A stretch of 64,000 nt of DNA, from assembly GCA_934232895.1 (NCBI GenBank), contig CAKQGH010000006.1:138-64137 (forward strand), read 5' to 3'. The translations under genes were made by a program, and so were the position numbers. This document shows positions 25,246 to 36,500 of this stretch, piece after piece. Source of the DNA: an uncultured Alphaproteobacteria bacterium (GTDB taxonomy: Bacteria; Pseudomonadota; Alphaproteobacteria; Rs-D84). Numbering within the stretch: position 1 is the stretch's first letter; each line of letters starts with the position of its first letter. The notes beneath the pieces are model-generated. The model made no database searches. It saw only the letters and a program-made list of their open reading frames with translations, and had not been told where the DNA came from.

Positions 25246-26013
25246 ATGAAATGCAAGTTTGATATTTTTAAGTCTGAAAATTTATTGATGTCTGTGATGG
25301 GGCATCTGGTTGTGCTGGCGATTATGGCGACATCGTTCGTTGTGTTGGCCAACCGGACCAAACTGGTCGCGCCCGACCGAATTCAGATTTATGAAATCGA
25401 CCTGAACGCGGTGCGTGTTTCGGGCGATGAAACGATTTTATATAATGTAAATGCGGACGCCGCGCCAATACAGCCCGGAAAACAGGCCGAACCCACCCCC
25501 ACGCCAGAGCCTGCGCCCGCCCCGGCGGATGAACCGCAACCGATAGAGACGCCGTCGCTGGTGGATGAACCCGCACCCGTGCCAGAAAAGAAGCCCGAAC
25601 CCGAAAAATCCGTCGACACCCCGGCCCCAGACGACACGCCCGCCCCGCGCAAGAAAACGGTTGTTCGCGTCAATCGCCAGGTTGTATCCCTGGACAGAAC
25701 ATTGACCGTGTCGGTGGTTGATGCGCTGCGTGTGGCAATGACACGGTGTTGGGCCATTGATACGAACCATCCCGGTATTGGGGATATCCGCGCGGTGGCG
25801 CATTTGACCATGCGGCGCAATGGCACGGTGCGTGATGTGTGGTTTGAATCGGCCGCGCGCGAAAATACCGACCCAGCATTTGCGTATGTTTTGGGTACAA
25901 TTCGCAATGCGATAAACACCTGCCAGCCGTTCCGTATGTTGCCTGTGAATGAATTTTCCAAGTGGGAAAAAATACAATTGACCTTTTACCCAACCCAGGG
26001 CAAAGTCATGTAA
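25246..26013 (+). CDS. tolA: TolA-like cell-envelope integrity protein (N-terminal TM, Pro/Glu-rich linker, TolA/TonB-type C-domain)
   Basis: ATG at 25246 (MKCKFDIF...MGHLVVLAIMATSFVVLA). PTPTPEPAPAPADEPQP linker. C-terminal ...RCWAID...AVAHLTMRRNGTV...AINTCQPFRMLP...KIQLTFYP. The track start 25234 is a TTG inside the repeat arm. Confidence 0.75.
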   Translation: MKCKFDIFKSENLLMSVMGHLVVLAIMATSFVVLANRTKLVAPDRIQIYEIDLNAVRVSGDETILYNVNADAAPIQPGKQAEPTPTPEPAPAPADEPQPIETPSLVDEPAPVPEKKPEPEKSVDTPAPDDTPAPRKKTVVRVNRQVVSLDRTLTVSVVDALRVAMTRCWAIDTNHPGIGDIRAVAHLTMRRNGTVRDVWFESAARENTDPAFAYVLGTIRNAINTCQPFRMLPVNEFSKWEKIQLTFYPTQGKVM

Positions 26014-26037
26014 AAACGGGGCCCCGCCCCGTTTTTT
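26012..26037 (+). terminator. Rho-independent terminator after tolA
   Basis: AAAAACGGGGC-CCC-GCCCCGTTTTTT. Confidence 0.65.
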
Positions 26038-26335
26038 ATGAAAGAGAGCAAAGAGCATCCGTCTCCGCTGGCGCTCCGCCGCGACAAGGAGAGCAGGAGC
26101 AATGATTGTGCTCGCATTTGCTCGCAACACCATATACCTGGATCCCGGTGTCAAGCACCGGGATGACACCTATGAAAAGATTCGTAACCAAGACCTAAAC
26201 TACGTTCATAAAAAAAAATCAGTATTCCGCCTTTGTCATCCCGTGGCTTGTCCGGACCCCGCAAAATCGTCAGATTTTGTGGGTGATGTCCTCGGGAACC
26301 AGGTGAATATATGTGCGCGGAACGCGCCTACCTTA

Positions 26336-26508
26336 TTGTCATCCCCGCGCAGGCGGGGATAGGGTCTTGGAAATTACTCTCGTTCATTGTTGTACGATGT
26401 TGGTAAAATGGCGGGGACCAATATTGCCGTACACCGCGATATTCTATGTCTGGCTCGTTGCCACTCGCACTGTATGGTCCCTATTTCCTGCCTACGCAGG
26501 AACGACAA
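26336..26508 (+). mobile_element. MITE-like element copy 2 (uninterrupted)
   Basis: TTGTCATCCCCGCGCAGGCGGGGATAGGGTC...GGTCCCTATTTCCTGCCTACGCAGGAACGACAA. Colinear with 827-1037 and 47726-47900. Confidence 0.7.
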
Positions 26509-26951
26509 AAGAGCTATAGTCTCTGTCATTGCGAGCGGAGCGTGGCAATCCATAAAAAACGACTACCCTGCCGGGCGTGTGCCCGGCACCCCTTCTGGCC
26601 AGAAGGGGACTTAACTGCACCACCATCGCGGGGCGAATTCCCCTTCGCTGGCGAAGGGGTGGCACAAAGTGTCGGGGTAGTGGTAAATAAGTCCCTGCGG
26701 GGCAATGGTGACCCTCCTGCGCCGGCATGACGTTTTTTTGTGCTGTGTCCCTGTATCCCCATCGCGGAGCAAGTTCCCCTCCGGTGGAGGGGTGGCCGCC
26801 AGGACGGGGTGGTCTTGAGAGTGCACAATGTGGAATAAATGTAAGACAAAAGACCACCTCCCCGCTGCGCGGTACTCCTCCACAGGAGGAGAACTTGCAT
26901 CGTTCGAGTGAATAATAAGTTTCCCCCGGCACTACCAGGTCTCCCCTCCTC

Positions 26952-27164
26952 TTGTCATTCCTGCTCCGGGCCCCGCGGAATTGATAAATTCCGTGGGTGG
27001 GCAAAGGCAGGAATAGGGTCCATACAGTGCGAGTGACAACGAGCCAAACACAGAATGTTGCGGAATACGGTAATATTGGTATACGCCACCTTTTACCAAA
27101 TATTGTGCAACAACAAACAGAAGTAATTTTCAAGACCCTATTCCCGCCTGCGCGGGAATGACAA
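26952..27164 (-). mobile_element. MITE-like element copy 3 (inverted orientation) with a 42-nt hairpin insertion at 26965-27006
   Basis: The core is the reverse complement of the copy-1/2/4 core. The insertion sits in the loop of the opposite terminal hairpin compared with copy 1. Confidence 0.7.
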
Positions 27165-27516
27165 TGGAAAAATATCGTTTTTATTTTATGAACATAGTTC
27201 TCTTTTATGTTTCTTATGCCGTCACCCCGCCCTGGGCCCCACGAAATTGAAAATTTCGTGGGTGGTACTAGGTCGGGGTCTATTGCCCCGCAGGGACAAA
27301 AAGACGACACCCCGCACGCTACTGCGTGCACCCCTCTGGCCAGATGGGTTTGGTCTTTTCCATCGTGGTGGGGGCAAAATAACTGTATCACTCTATCACT
27401 TGCTCGCTTTTTCACTTTTCCGGTTCCCCTGCCCCGTGGTGATTGGAAATGTTGGAGTTGGACGTACATAATTGTCACTGGCGAAATCTTTTTTGTTTGT
27501 ATATACACATTTTTTC

Positions 27517-27546
27517 TTGCGTCGATTGTGGATTTTTTTCTACCAT
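27517..27546 (+). promoter_or_regulatory. Promoter candidate of giant gene 1 (TTGCGT-18 nt-TACCAT), homologous to 48510-48539
   Basis: The block TTGTATATACACA-N5-TCTTGCG-N-GTGG-N-T(6-7)-CTA..AT is conserved upstream of giants 1 and 3. A T7 tract lies in the spacer (27533-27539). Confidence 0.35.
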
Positions 27547-27567
27547 AAACATAAAAGAGAGGAAGTC

Positions 27568-30500
27568 ATGACAAAGAAACGCGGTTTTCTGGGATTTTTT
27601 GCATATTTATTCGTTGCAATGTTTTTTGCAACTGGGGCATTCGCGGCCAGCGAATTGTACGAGGATTGTCCGGTGCCAGATGAAAATTCTGTTGCCGCAG
27701 GCTTTTGGAATAATGTTGCAGAGCCTAATTTCGGTGGCGAACCGTTGGGCTTTTCGGGCAGTGCCGCGGACGCTATTGGCGAGGGCTTTGAACCGTATGT
27801 TATAAACCCGCATCGTGTGGAGGTATCGGAAGAAACAGGCATTACAAATGGTGTTGGCAATTGTGTTGCGGTTATATGGTATATGTCCGACCATGGTATG
27901 TTTTATCGTTTTGTGCAATACAGCGAGAATGCAGAGTTATATGACCACGCCCCAACATTAGAACCATATTCCAAAATACCGTTCGGGTGGATTACGACCG
28001 CACCCGGGTATTATCTGGAAATGCCCATATATGGCGACTATTATGCAGAAGACGCTGAAATCAAAGATCCAATTTTTGCCGCTATTCCGTATCAAAGTTA
28101 TAATTACCAAAACTATAAGTATTATCCGTTCCGCACAAATACCCTGTGTACCCAGGGATCGTATTGTAATTCCGGTGTGACGGATCTGTGGGATTGGGAT
28201 GGCTATGCCACAGGCGAAGGCACATCCACCAAGGGAATTGAACAATGCGATGGCGGATGGCCATCTGCACCCGGTGCGACCGAATGTGATGAAAGTGGAA
28301 ATTATATCCAATTTGATTGTGTTGATAATCAAAATGGCAATGAAAGAAGTGGTGTCAATGTTGATTTTGCAAATGGATATTCGTTTAGTCGGATGCGCGA
28401 CGACAATGTGCACATGGTATGTGCGGCCGGTGGTTGGAACAATGAAAACGGCGATTTCAGTACCCCCGATGACATACAGTGTATTTTGATTGAACCGACA
28501 ACCAAAGAAGTCATAGACGCCAAAGGTCAGGGTTTGTGTAGCATAGATCGGTCCGGTGATTATGAAAATCATTATGTTATGGAGTGGAAGGGTTCTGATT
28601 TATACATAAAATGCCGATTGGCGACCGAAGAAGAAGATCTGAGCGACGGTTCCAGATTGCACGTGGGCGATGTAAGGTGCGAGTATTTTGATGAAAACAA
28701 CAGCGAATCCAAGGTTTACAAGTCGTATAATATTTCATACGATTTGAATGGCGGCACGGCGAATAATCCGGCCAATCCAAAGCGCGAGATATCGGCTGTC
28801 ATCAGCCATGATGCCACTGAATGGACGGTGTACTATGAACCAATCGGTGACCAAGAATGTTATGAACCGTTTTCATACGATTATGATTTGGGCAAGTGCG
28901 TTACGGGGCATGGTGGCGAATATGATTTGTGCAATGGTGCAAATGCCGAATGTGATCCATTTATTCCGTTGCTGGGCCCAAACGATGACGATAATAAACA
29001 GCTGACATTCCGTTGCTGGCACAATATGGCCGACACAAACAATCCCGAATCGTGCCTTTATGATGATTTGGATGTGGGGTCTGATGCCGCTCGTGGTGAA
29101 GAACAATACCCATTTTTGGAAAGGGTATTTGGAACATCGGGCTATATAAATGTTCGTGCGATATGGGACCAATATTCGTGGCTGTGCGAGGCCGGTACAT
29201 ATTACAAGGCGAATACTGGTGTTGATACATGTACGACATGTCCCGCGGGATCGTATTGCCCAGATGACAGACTTTACAGTACTGGCACAGTCGATGATGG
29301 TATTATCAAATGTTCCGCCGGCACAACCAGCGAGGCCGGTTCAAAATCTTGCACAGCAATTACTTACAAAGTGACCTTGGACAAGCAAAATGGTACCGGG
29401 GGTACGGATGCGTATTGGTATAAATATAATTCCAGCAAGACATGTTATTATTTTGCGGATGCAAATTTGACCAAATGTATTGACGGCAGCAATGGTCAAA
29501 ATATTACCATTCCAATCCGCACCGGATATACATTTGACGGGTATTATACCGGCACGAACGGTACTGGTACGCAATATGTGAATGCCAGTGGTTTGACAGT
29601 AAATAACCTGTATAAAACGACTGGCGACCGCACATTGTACGCCAAATGGAAACCCAATACCATCAAGGTGACATTGGATTCTGATGGTGCGACAAGTTCA
29701 GGCACCAAGGCGTATTGGTATCAGTATAACACAAACAACAAATGCTATTATTACTCGGATGCTGCGTTGACCACTTGTATGGGTGGCACAACAACAAACC
29801 AAAAAATAGATACATTACCAAGTAAAAATGGGTACGCGTTTGGTGGTTATTACACTGGTAAAAACGGAACTGGAAAACAGTATATCACCGCGTCCGGCTA
29901 TGCCACGGGCAGTATTGTTGATTCCGTATCATCGGATATAACATTGTATGCGAAATGGGACCTGGTGACATACACAATTGAATACAATGTAAACGGTGGA
30001 ACAATGCCGTCCAGCGGTGTTGTGACAGAATATACCGTTGAAACCGACAGTTTTGAACTGCCCCGGCCAACACACACCAAGGCAAGATTCTGGGGCTGGA
30101 GAAACAAAGCAGCATGGGGTGCGGTTGTTGCCGATAATGTTGTCAAAAAAGGCTCGTATGGGAATTTGGAATTGACCGCGGCATATAACATTGATTGCGA
30201 ACCTGGGAAATATTTTGATAAAACAACCAAGTCATGCGCCGAATGTCCATCTGGTGGCTTTTACTGCGAAGGCGGCAGTTTTGATTACAACGCCACCGAA
30301 AACAAGGGACTTGGCTTTTGCCCAGAACCAGAGGCATCGTTCTTTGAGGAACGCGTCAACGTCGTTGATGATGGCGAGAACATAACAGGCGGTCCGGACT
30401 TGGTGACCCAATGGATGCGTAAAAATTGGGGCGTGCCAGAATTTGAAATAGTGGAATACGCCGTCGAAGATTCTCGTTATGGATTAAGCAGTGTTAACCA

Positions 30501-33500
30501 GTGCCAATATGCATTGCTGTATGATGTCACAATGGCAAAATGGCAAGAAAACGGTTATAATGCAAAACCCCAATTGTTCGAAATATGGCAATATGATTCC
30601 GACGCTAATGAATATACCGCGGTTGTGCAATCTGGGTGGTTGTCGACCATTCCTGGGTATTATTTGAGGAACCCAATCAAGGGATCGTGCACAGACGAAG
30701 GTTTCCTAAGACCGCACTGGGGTAAACAGCCGTATACCGAATTGGAAATTTGCCCGGCGGGTTCATATTGCCCCGGGAACGATAGCAAAGACGAGGTTTA
30801 TGAACCTGAATGCGGCAGCCCCGATGACAGCGATATATTGACCGAATTTGGCCGCGTGACCTGCCCCCGTGGCGGCACTGTCGAGGGCGCAATCGGCGAA
30901 GACCAATGCGATGGCAGTTTTGATTACAGAATTTGTTTTTATGATGAAAACGCCGACGGCGGCATTGGTGGTATAGCGGGGTTTAACCCAGAAAAATGTA
31001 CCAATAAAATAATTGAAAGCTGTGACGAATGCACTGACACAGCAACAGATATTAGTGGCGCATGTGTTGTTGACAGCAGCGAAGGTGATTACACATTTGA
31101 TGATGAGGGGGGTAACGCTTACACAATCTGTTTGATTCATGATGAAAATAATCCCAATGGTGTTCCGGGATATAGGTACAATTGTGATATTGATGCCCAA
31201 CAGGAGGTCCATGGTCCGCGTTGTCAATATGATTTGATTACGTATACACTGACCTATAATGCAAACGGGGGTGCAATAACCGATTTGGCAAATGTGCCGA
31301 CAAAATATACCGTCATTGATTCTTTGCCAACCGTGCCCGATGCCACGCGTGATGGGTATGAATTACTGGGCTGGTTAACTGAAAGTGGCGACACATTGCA
31401 GCCCGGTGAACAATGGACGCCACTTGATTACATGGGTGATAATGCGGATGCCCAGGTTATCAGTCTGACGGCACAGTGGGAAGAATTGATTACATGTTTG
31501 CCAGGGCGCTATTTGCCGGCGGGCGAAACCGAGTGCAAAATATGCCCGGCGGGATATGGTTGCCCAACCGAAAATATGACATACCGCAAGAACGCAACAC
31601 AGGACCAGGGTAAAGCCCCATGTCAGTACACGACATACAGTGATGGCACAGATGGGTTCTGTAACACATGCGCAGAAGGTTCATTCAGCGAATACGATAT
31701 GGCAACCGCGTGCACACCCTGCGGGGCGGGCAGAACGAACAGCGGTGGCGGCATATGCAAGGGCTATTGCAGTAACAGCGACAACGTGGCGTCATGGAAA
31801 ACGCCAACATGGATGACTGGTAATTATGTGGACAATTATTGTGCAATCGCGTCATGTACCGAATTGTATGAATTGCAATCTGATGGGAAAAAGTGTATTG
31901 GACGCGTGTTCAAGGCCACATTGGATAACGATGGCGCCACAACCGCCGGTACCGCCGCATTCTGGTATCGGTATAAAACCAGCGGCGTGATGTACGCTGA
32001 TGCCGATCTGAAAACGCCACTGGGGGGGGTAAAATACAAGATTACCGTCCCGGTCAAAACGAACTATGTATTTGGTGGGTATTATACCCAGAAGAATGGT
32101 GCCGGAACCCAGGTTGTTGACGCCGAAGGTGTAATTGCTAACTATACGGCAAACACATTTGGTGCCGATACGACACTGTACGCACAATGGACGCCGGTGA
32201 CGGTGGATTGTGCGGCGGGGCAATATTTGCCAGCGGCCAAGGTCACATGCGCATCGTGCCCGGCGGGATCCCGTTGCCCAAATGCGGCGACATATTCGTT
32301 CTCGGAAACGGCGGACCAAGGCGCAATCAAATGCAACATAGGTACATTTGCAACCGGTGGCGCGAAATCGTGCACCACCTGTGCCGAAGGTTCAATTACC
32401 TCCAACAGCGGTTCCTATCGTTGTACTGCATGCACCAAGGGTAAAACCACGGCGGGGAATGTGCGTTCCGCATGCGACGCGACATGCCAGAATTCTGATA
32501 TAACCGTGTCATGGCTGGCGCCATCGTGGAATAACAATACCGTGACGAATCTGTGTGCGGCGGCGACATGTAAATCTGGTGCCGTGTTGGCAAATAACGG
32601 GTGCTATCATTTGGTGCGTGTGACATTGGATGCCCAGGGCGGCCGCGCCGGCATACCCGCGTTCTATTATGCGTACCAGAATTATTATGATGGCAGCTAT
32701 TACAAGGATGAAAAACTGACCACCGAGGTCGCGCCGGGTGATTATATCCCGTCGCGCACCGGATATGAATTCGGTGGATATTGGACCGAGAAAAATGGCG
32801 GCGGGCACGAGGCCATTCAATCGTTTGGTGACATAGACCAAGATTTGTACAAGGATGAAAGTGAAAACTTCACATTGTATGCCAAATGGACGGCCAAGGA
32901 AATCACCTGTGCGGCGGGGCAGTATTTGCCGGCGGGTGTCGAGGATTGCAAACCGTGCACCGCGGGTAATTCGTGCGCCGGGGGTACATTTACATTCTCG
33001 GCCACGGCGGACCAAGGACAGACACCGTGTGCCGCGGGCCGTTTCAGCGGCGCGGGCGCGAAAGTATGCACCGCGTGTGGCATCGGATCATACACAAACG
33101 AAACCGGCGCAACGGCGTGCGTGCCATGTCAAAATGGCAAAACCACATCTGGGACCGGGCGCACATCTTGCGACGCATCGTGCGATATGGAACATGTGGC
33201 GGGATGGGCTACGGCCGAATGGTTTACGAATAATACCACCAGCACATGCGTACCAGAGGCGTGCAACGATGGATATTTTGTTTCGCCAGACACATTGGAA
33301 TGTGCCGAAAACAGTTTTGTGGCAAATTTTGATATTGGTAATGGCGGATGGGAATTGTTGAGCGGCGGTCAACCAGACAAATACATTGCTAACCTGAAAT
33401 ACGGCGAAATGGTGCCGGATTTGTGGATGGACACAATGCCAAAATTGGATGGATACCTGTTCATGGGATTCTTTACCGAACCAGAGGGCCAAGGCGATAT

Positions 33501-36500
33501 GTATTGGAATTCCGTCGGGCGCGGTATGCGCGAATGGGAATTTTCCGACCCCGAGATACAGTTCTATGCGTATTATGAAAAAGCCGAAGACACATTGTAC
33601 TATGTCTGTACCGAGTATGACGAAAACGGTGAAATTAACCAAGACGCCTGTTCAACATACCAGGTGACAAACTGTGCGTGCGACAACCAAAACCCGTATG
33701 ACAGTTCGGCCCAGCTTGGAAATTGCAAGATGTACGACCAAACAACGGTTGATTTTGGCGATACGCGTGGGCGCAATCAAAATGTATGCGTCATTTTGGA
33801 TGATGACGAAGGTACGCACCCGCGCCAGGATTTGAAATGGACCTGTATCCCGGACGAGACAAACAAATATGTGTACTGCTATTATGTGCCGCGTGAATAC
33901 ACGATTATATTCGATACCGAGGCGGGCTCGGCCGAGGAAGCCCAGGTTGGTGACAGTGGTCAACCAATAATGTATGTTAAATGGACATACGGGGATGGTC
34001 CGATTACATTGCCGTCGGCGCGCAAACCAGCCGAGGATTTGTATGTCGACCGTTGGAACCTGGCCGATGTGTACGATTTGGCACCTGGCGATGAATTTGA
34101 TCCGGCGAATGCGGATTATCTGGATTACGCAACTAAATTCGTGTTCAAATTTACGCCGTTTTCATGGACCAGCAAAATGATTGCATGCGATGCTGGGTAT
34201 TATTTGCCCGCGGGGGGCGAACAATGTGAAGTCTGCCCATCTGGATCGTATTGCCCGGGTGGCACATACGACCGTGGTGCACCAAATGATGCTGGTGCGG
34301 AAACATGCCCCGGCGGTCTGCGTGATGTGAACAGCAAGTATTTGATGTCAGCGGGCGATTTATCGGAAATATATTCCCCGGGTGTTGGCAGCTTGGAGGT
34401 TGCTGAAAACATCACGCCGGCTGGATCGAAAACAATCACGGATTGCCGAGCCGTTGCAAGGTATTGGGATGACGAGGCGTTCCATCGCCTGATTGAAATC
34501 AGAACGTACAATGCCGATACCGAAAAGTATTCAGACCGCGTGGCCGGTGGGTGGTATCAAACATCGAGCACTGGTGTGTATATGTCTGGGTTCAACAGTT
34601 GTGCGCTGGTTGTCGGTGCCAGTGAAATCAGCAATGGAAACTGGGCATTGTATACCAATTTGGAGGAGTGTCCCGCGGGTTCGTATTGTCCGGCGGCGTC
34701 TGGGGGGCAATGCTCGTCCAGCAAGCCGGCGCCATCAACGGTTGGTATAACCCAATGCCCGATGGGAACCTACAACAGCGGTACAATGGCCAATAATATT
34801 TCACAATGTAATGTTTGCACCGATGGAAAAACATCGGCGGCGGGCGCGGCATCGTGCAACATTTCGTGCACCAATTCAATCGGCGCGGGCACATGGAAAA
34901 CACCAACATTATCCAATGGTGTGGTATCCAACCTGTGCGTGATTGATACCTGTGCGACCGGGTATGTCAAGGTTGGCGATGCATGCGAACGCATTGTGAC
35001 ATTGACACTGGATGCGAATGGTGGTTCGACCCCGGCCGTGACCAAGGTGTATATGATTTCGCGTGGCGAGGATGCATACGAAGGCTTCTTCAAGGATTAT
35101 GCCCTGACCCAGCATGTCACATGCGACGATTTGAAATCCGAACGCACCGGATACACATTCGTGGCCTGGGGTGAATTGATGTATGTATCTGCTGCTGGTT
35201 CATGTGAGTTTGACACTAACGATTTCTTCAAAAATGAAGATGATATGACCATTCAGGCCACATGGCGTGCGAATGAATACACCGTCACATTCAATACAAA
35301 CAATGGTACGGGTGGTGCGTCGACCGCAACCGTTGTGTACGACGCAACAATGGCAAAATTGACATCGTTGCCAACGCGCACTGGGTACCAGTTTGCCGGA
35401 TACTATGATGCGGCGACCGGTGGCACAATGTATTATGGTGTCGATGGTACGGCCGCACGCAAGTGGGACAAGGCCGCGAACACAACCCTGTATGCGCAAT
35501 GGGTGGTCGAAGGCGAATATACCATCGGATACGATTTGGATGGTGGTACGAACGCTGCGTCTAACCCAAGAACATATACGGTTGAAACGGAAACCATTAC
35601 CTTGGCCGACCCGACCAAGACCGGATACACGTTCGGCGGATGGTATTCTGAGGCCGCGTTCGCAAACAAAGTGACGCAAATTGCCAAGGGCTCGACCGGG
35701 AACAAGATGCTGTATGCAAAATGGACCCCGATTAAATACACCATCAGATATAATGCAAATGGTGGTACGGGTACCGTTGCGGATACCGTATGTACATACG
35801 ATGCGGATTGCACAATTGCCGCAAACGGGTTTACCAATGGCACCAAACGGTTCGTTGCGTGGTCAAAAGACACAACCGCACAGAGTGGCGTCTATACCGC
35901 GGGCCAAGTGGTCAAGAATCTGAGTGCGAATGCATCGACGATAACCATGTATGCAATATGGGCCGACTGTGCCGCGTGTGCGGCGGGTGCCGGTGCGAAT
36001 TGCCAACTGACCGCGCCACTGGGTGTGTGCAAATACACAACATCGTGCCGTGCGGGGTATGACACGCCGGTAAATGCGGGCAAATATAACCCATCGTGCA
36101 GTGTGATTCCATACAAAATCACATATAACCTGAACGGTGGCACAAACCCGGCGGGGGCGAAAACACAATACACTGTGGAAACGGCGGATTACACCCTGCC
36201 CACCCCCACCAAGAAAGGTTATGATTTCGGTGGCTGGTTCACAAACGATGCATTGACTGGCACCGCGGTGACCAAGATTGCACGCGGGTCAACCGGCGCC
36301 AAAACATTCTGGGCCAAATTTACCGCAATGAAGATATATTGCAACCCGGGTTATTATCTGGCGGCCGGTGCAACGGAATGCACTGCGGTATGTCCGGCGG
36401 GGTCTATGTGCGCCGGTGACGATGTCACATACACTGGCGCCGAACAAGGCCGTCGCGTATGTCCGGCCGGCACGTTCAGCCAGGCGGGTGCGAACACATG

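Larger units (their letters stand above)
26038..27470. repeat. 1.4-kb gene-free mosaic of nested palindromic repeat modules
   Basis: Contains a GAGAGCA-array element (26041-26105) and two MITE-like copies (26336-26508; 26952-27164, inverted). It also has GTCATTGCGAGCGGAGCGTGGCAATCC (26525-26551), module copies at 26638-26714 and 26771-26925, and hairpins of the CCCACGAAATTGAAAATTTCGTGGG type (26965-27006, 27235-27262). The 338-aa minus-strand track ORF is an artefact. Confidence 0.8.

Noticed and set aside
26038-27470. Possible CRISPR array, because of many short hairpin repeats (also at 47400-48440 and 10975-11465)
   Set aside because: There is no constant-length direct repeat alternating with unique spacers. 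The modules are heterogeneous, in both orientations, nested, and shared between loci. No cas genes are present.
26492-27508. 338-aa minus-strand ORF, the longest non-giant ORF in this part of the track
   Set aside because: It is read entirely through stacked palindromic repeat modules and two MITE-like copies. Its peptide is a chain of repeat-derived strings (…SRAGGNRVLKITS…, …PSTGGEL…). It has no SD and no coherent domain.
27472-27567. 32-aa N-terminal extension of giant 1 given by the track (MSLAKSFLFVYTHFF...)
   Set aside because: It would place the signal peptide internally. The ATG at 27568 has a strong SD (AAAGAGAGGAAG). The extension also covers the promoter-like block conserved with giant 3.
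35433-35873. Numerous 60-190-aa antisense or out-of-frame ORFs inside the giant genes (e.g. 35433-35873, 39698-40048, 41510-41989, 49612-50190)
   Set aside because: They are a by-product of long, compositionally biased, repetitive coding sequence. They recur as near-duplicates wherever the sense repeats recur, and they lack starts with an SD.
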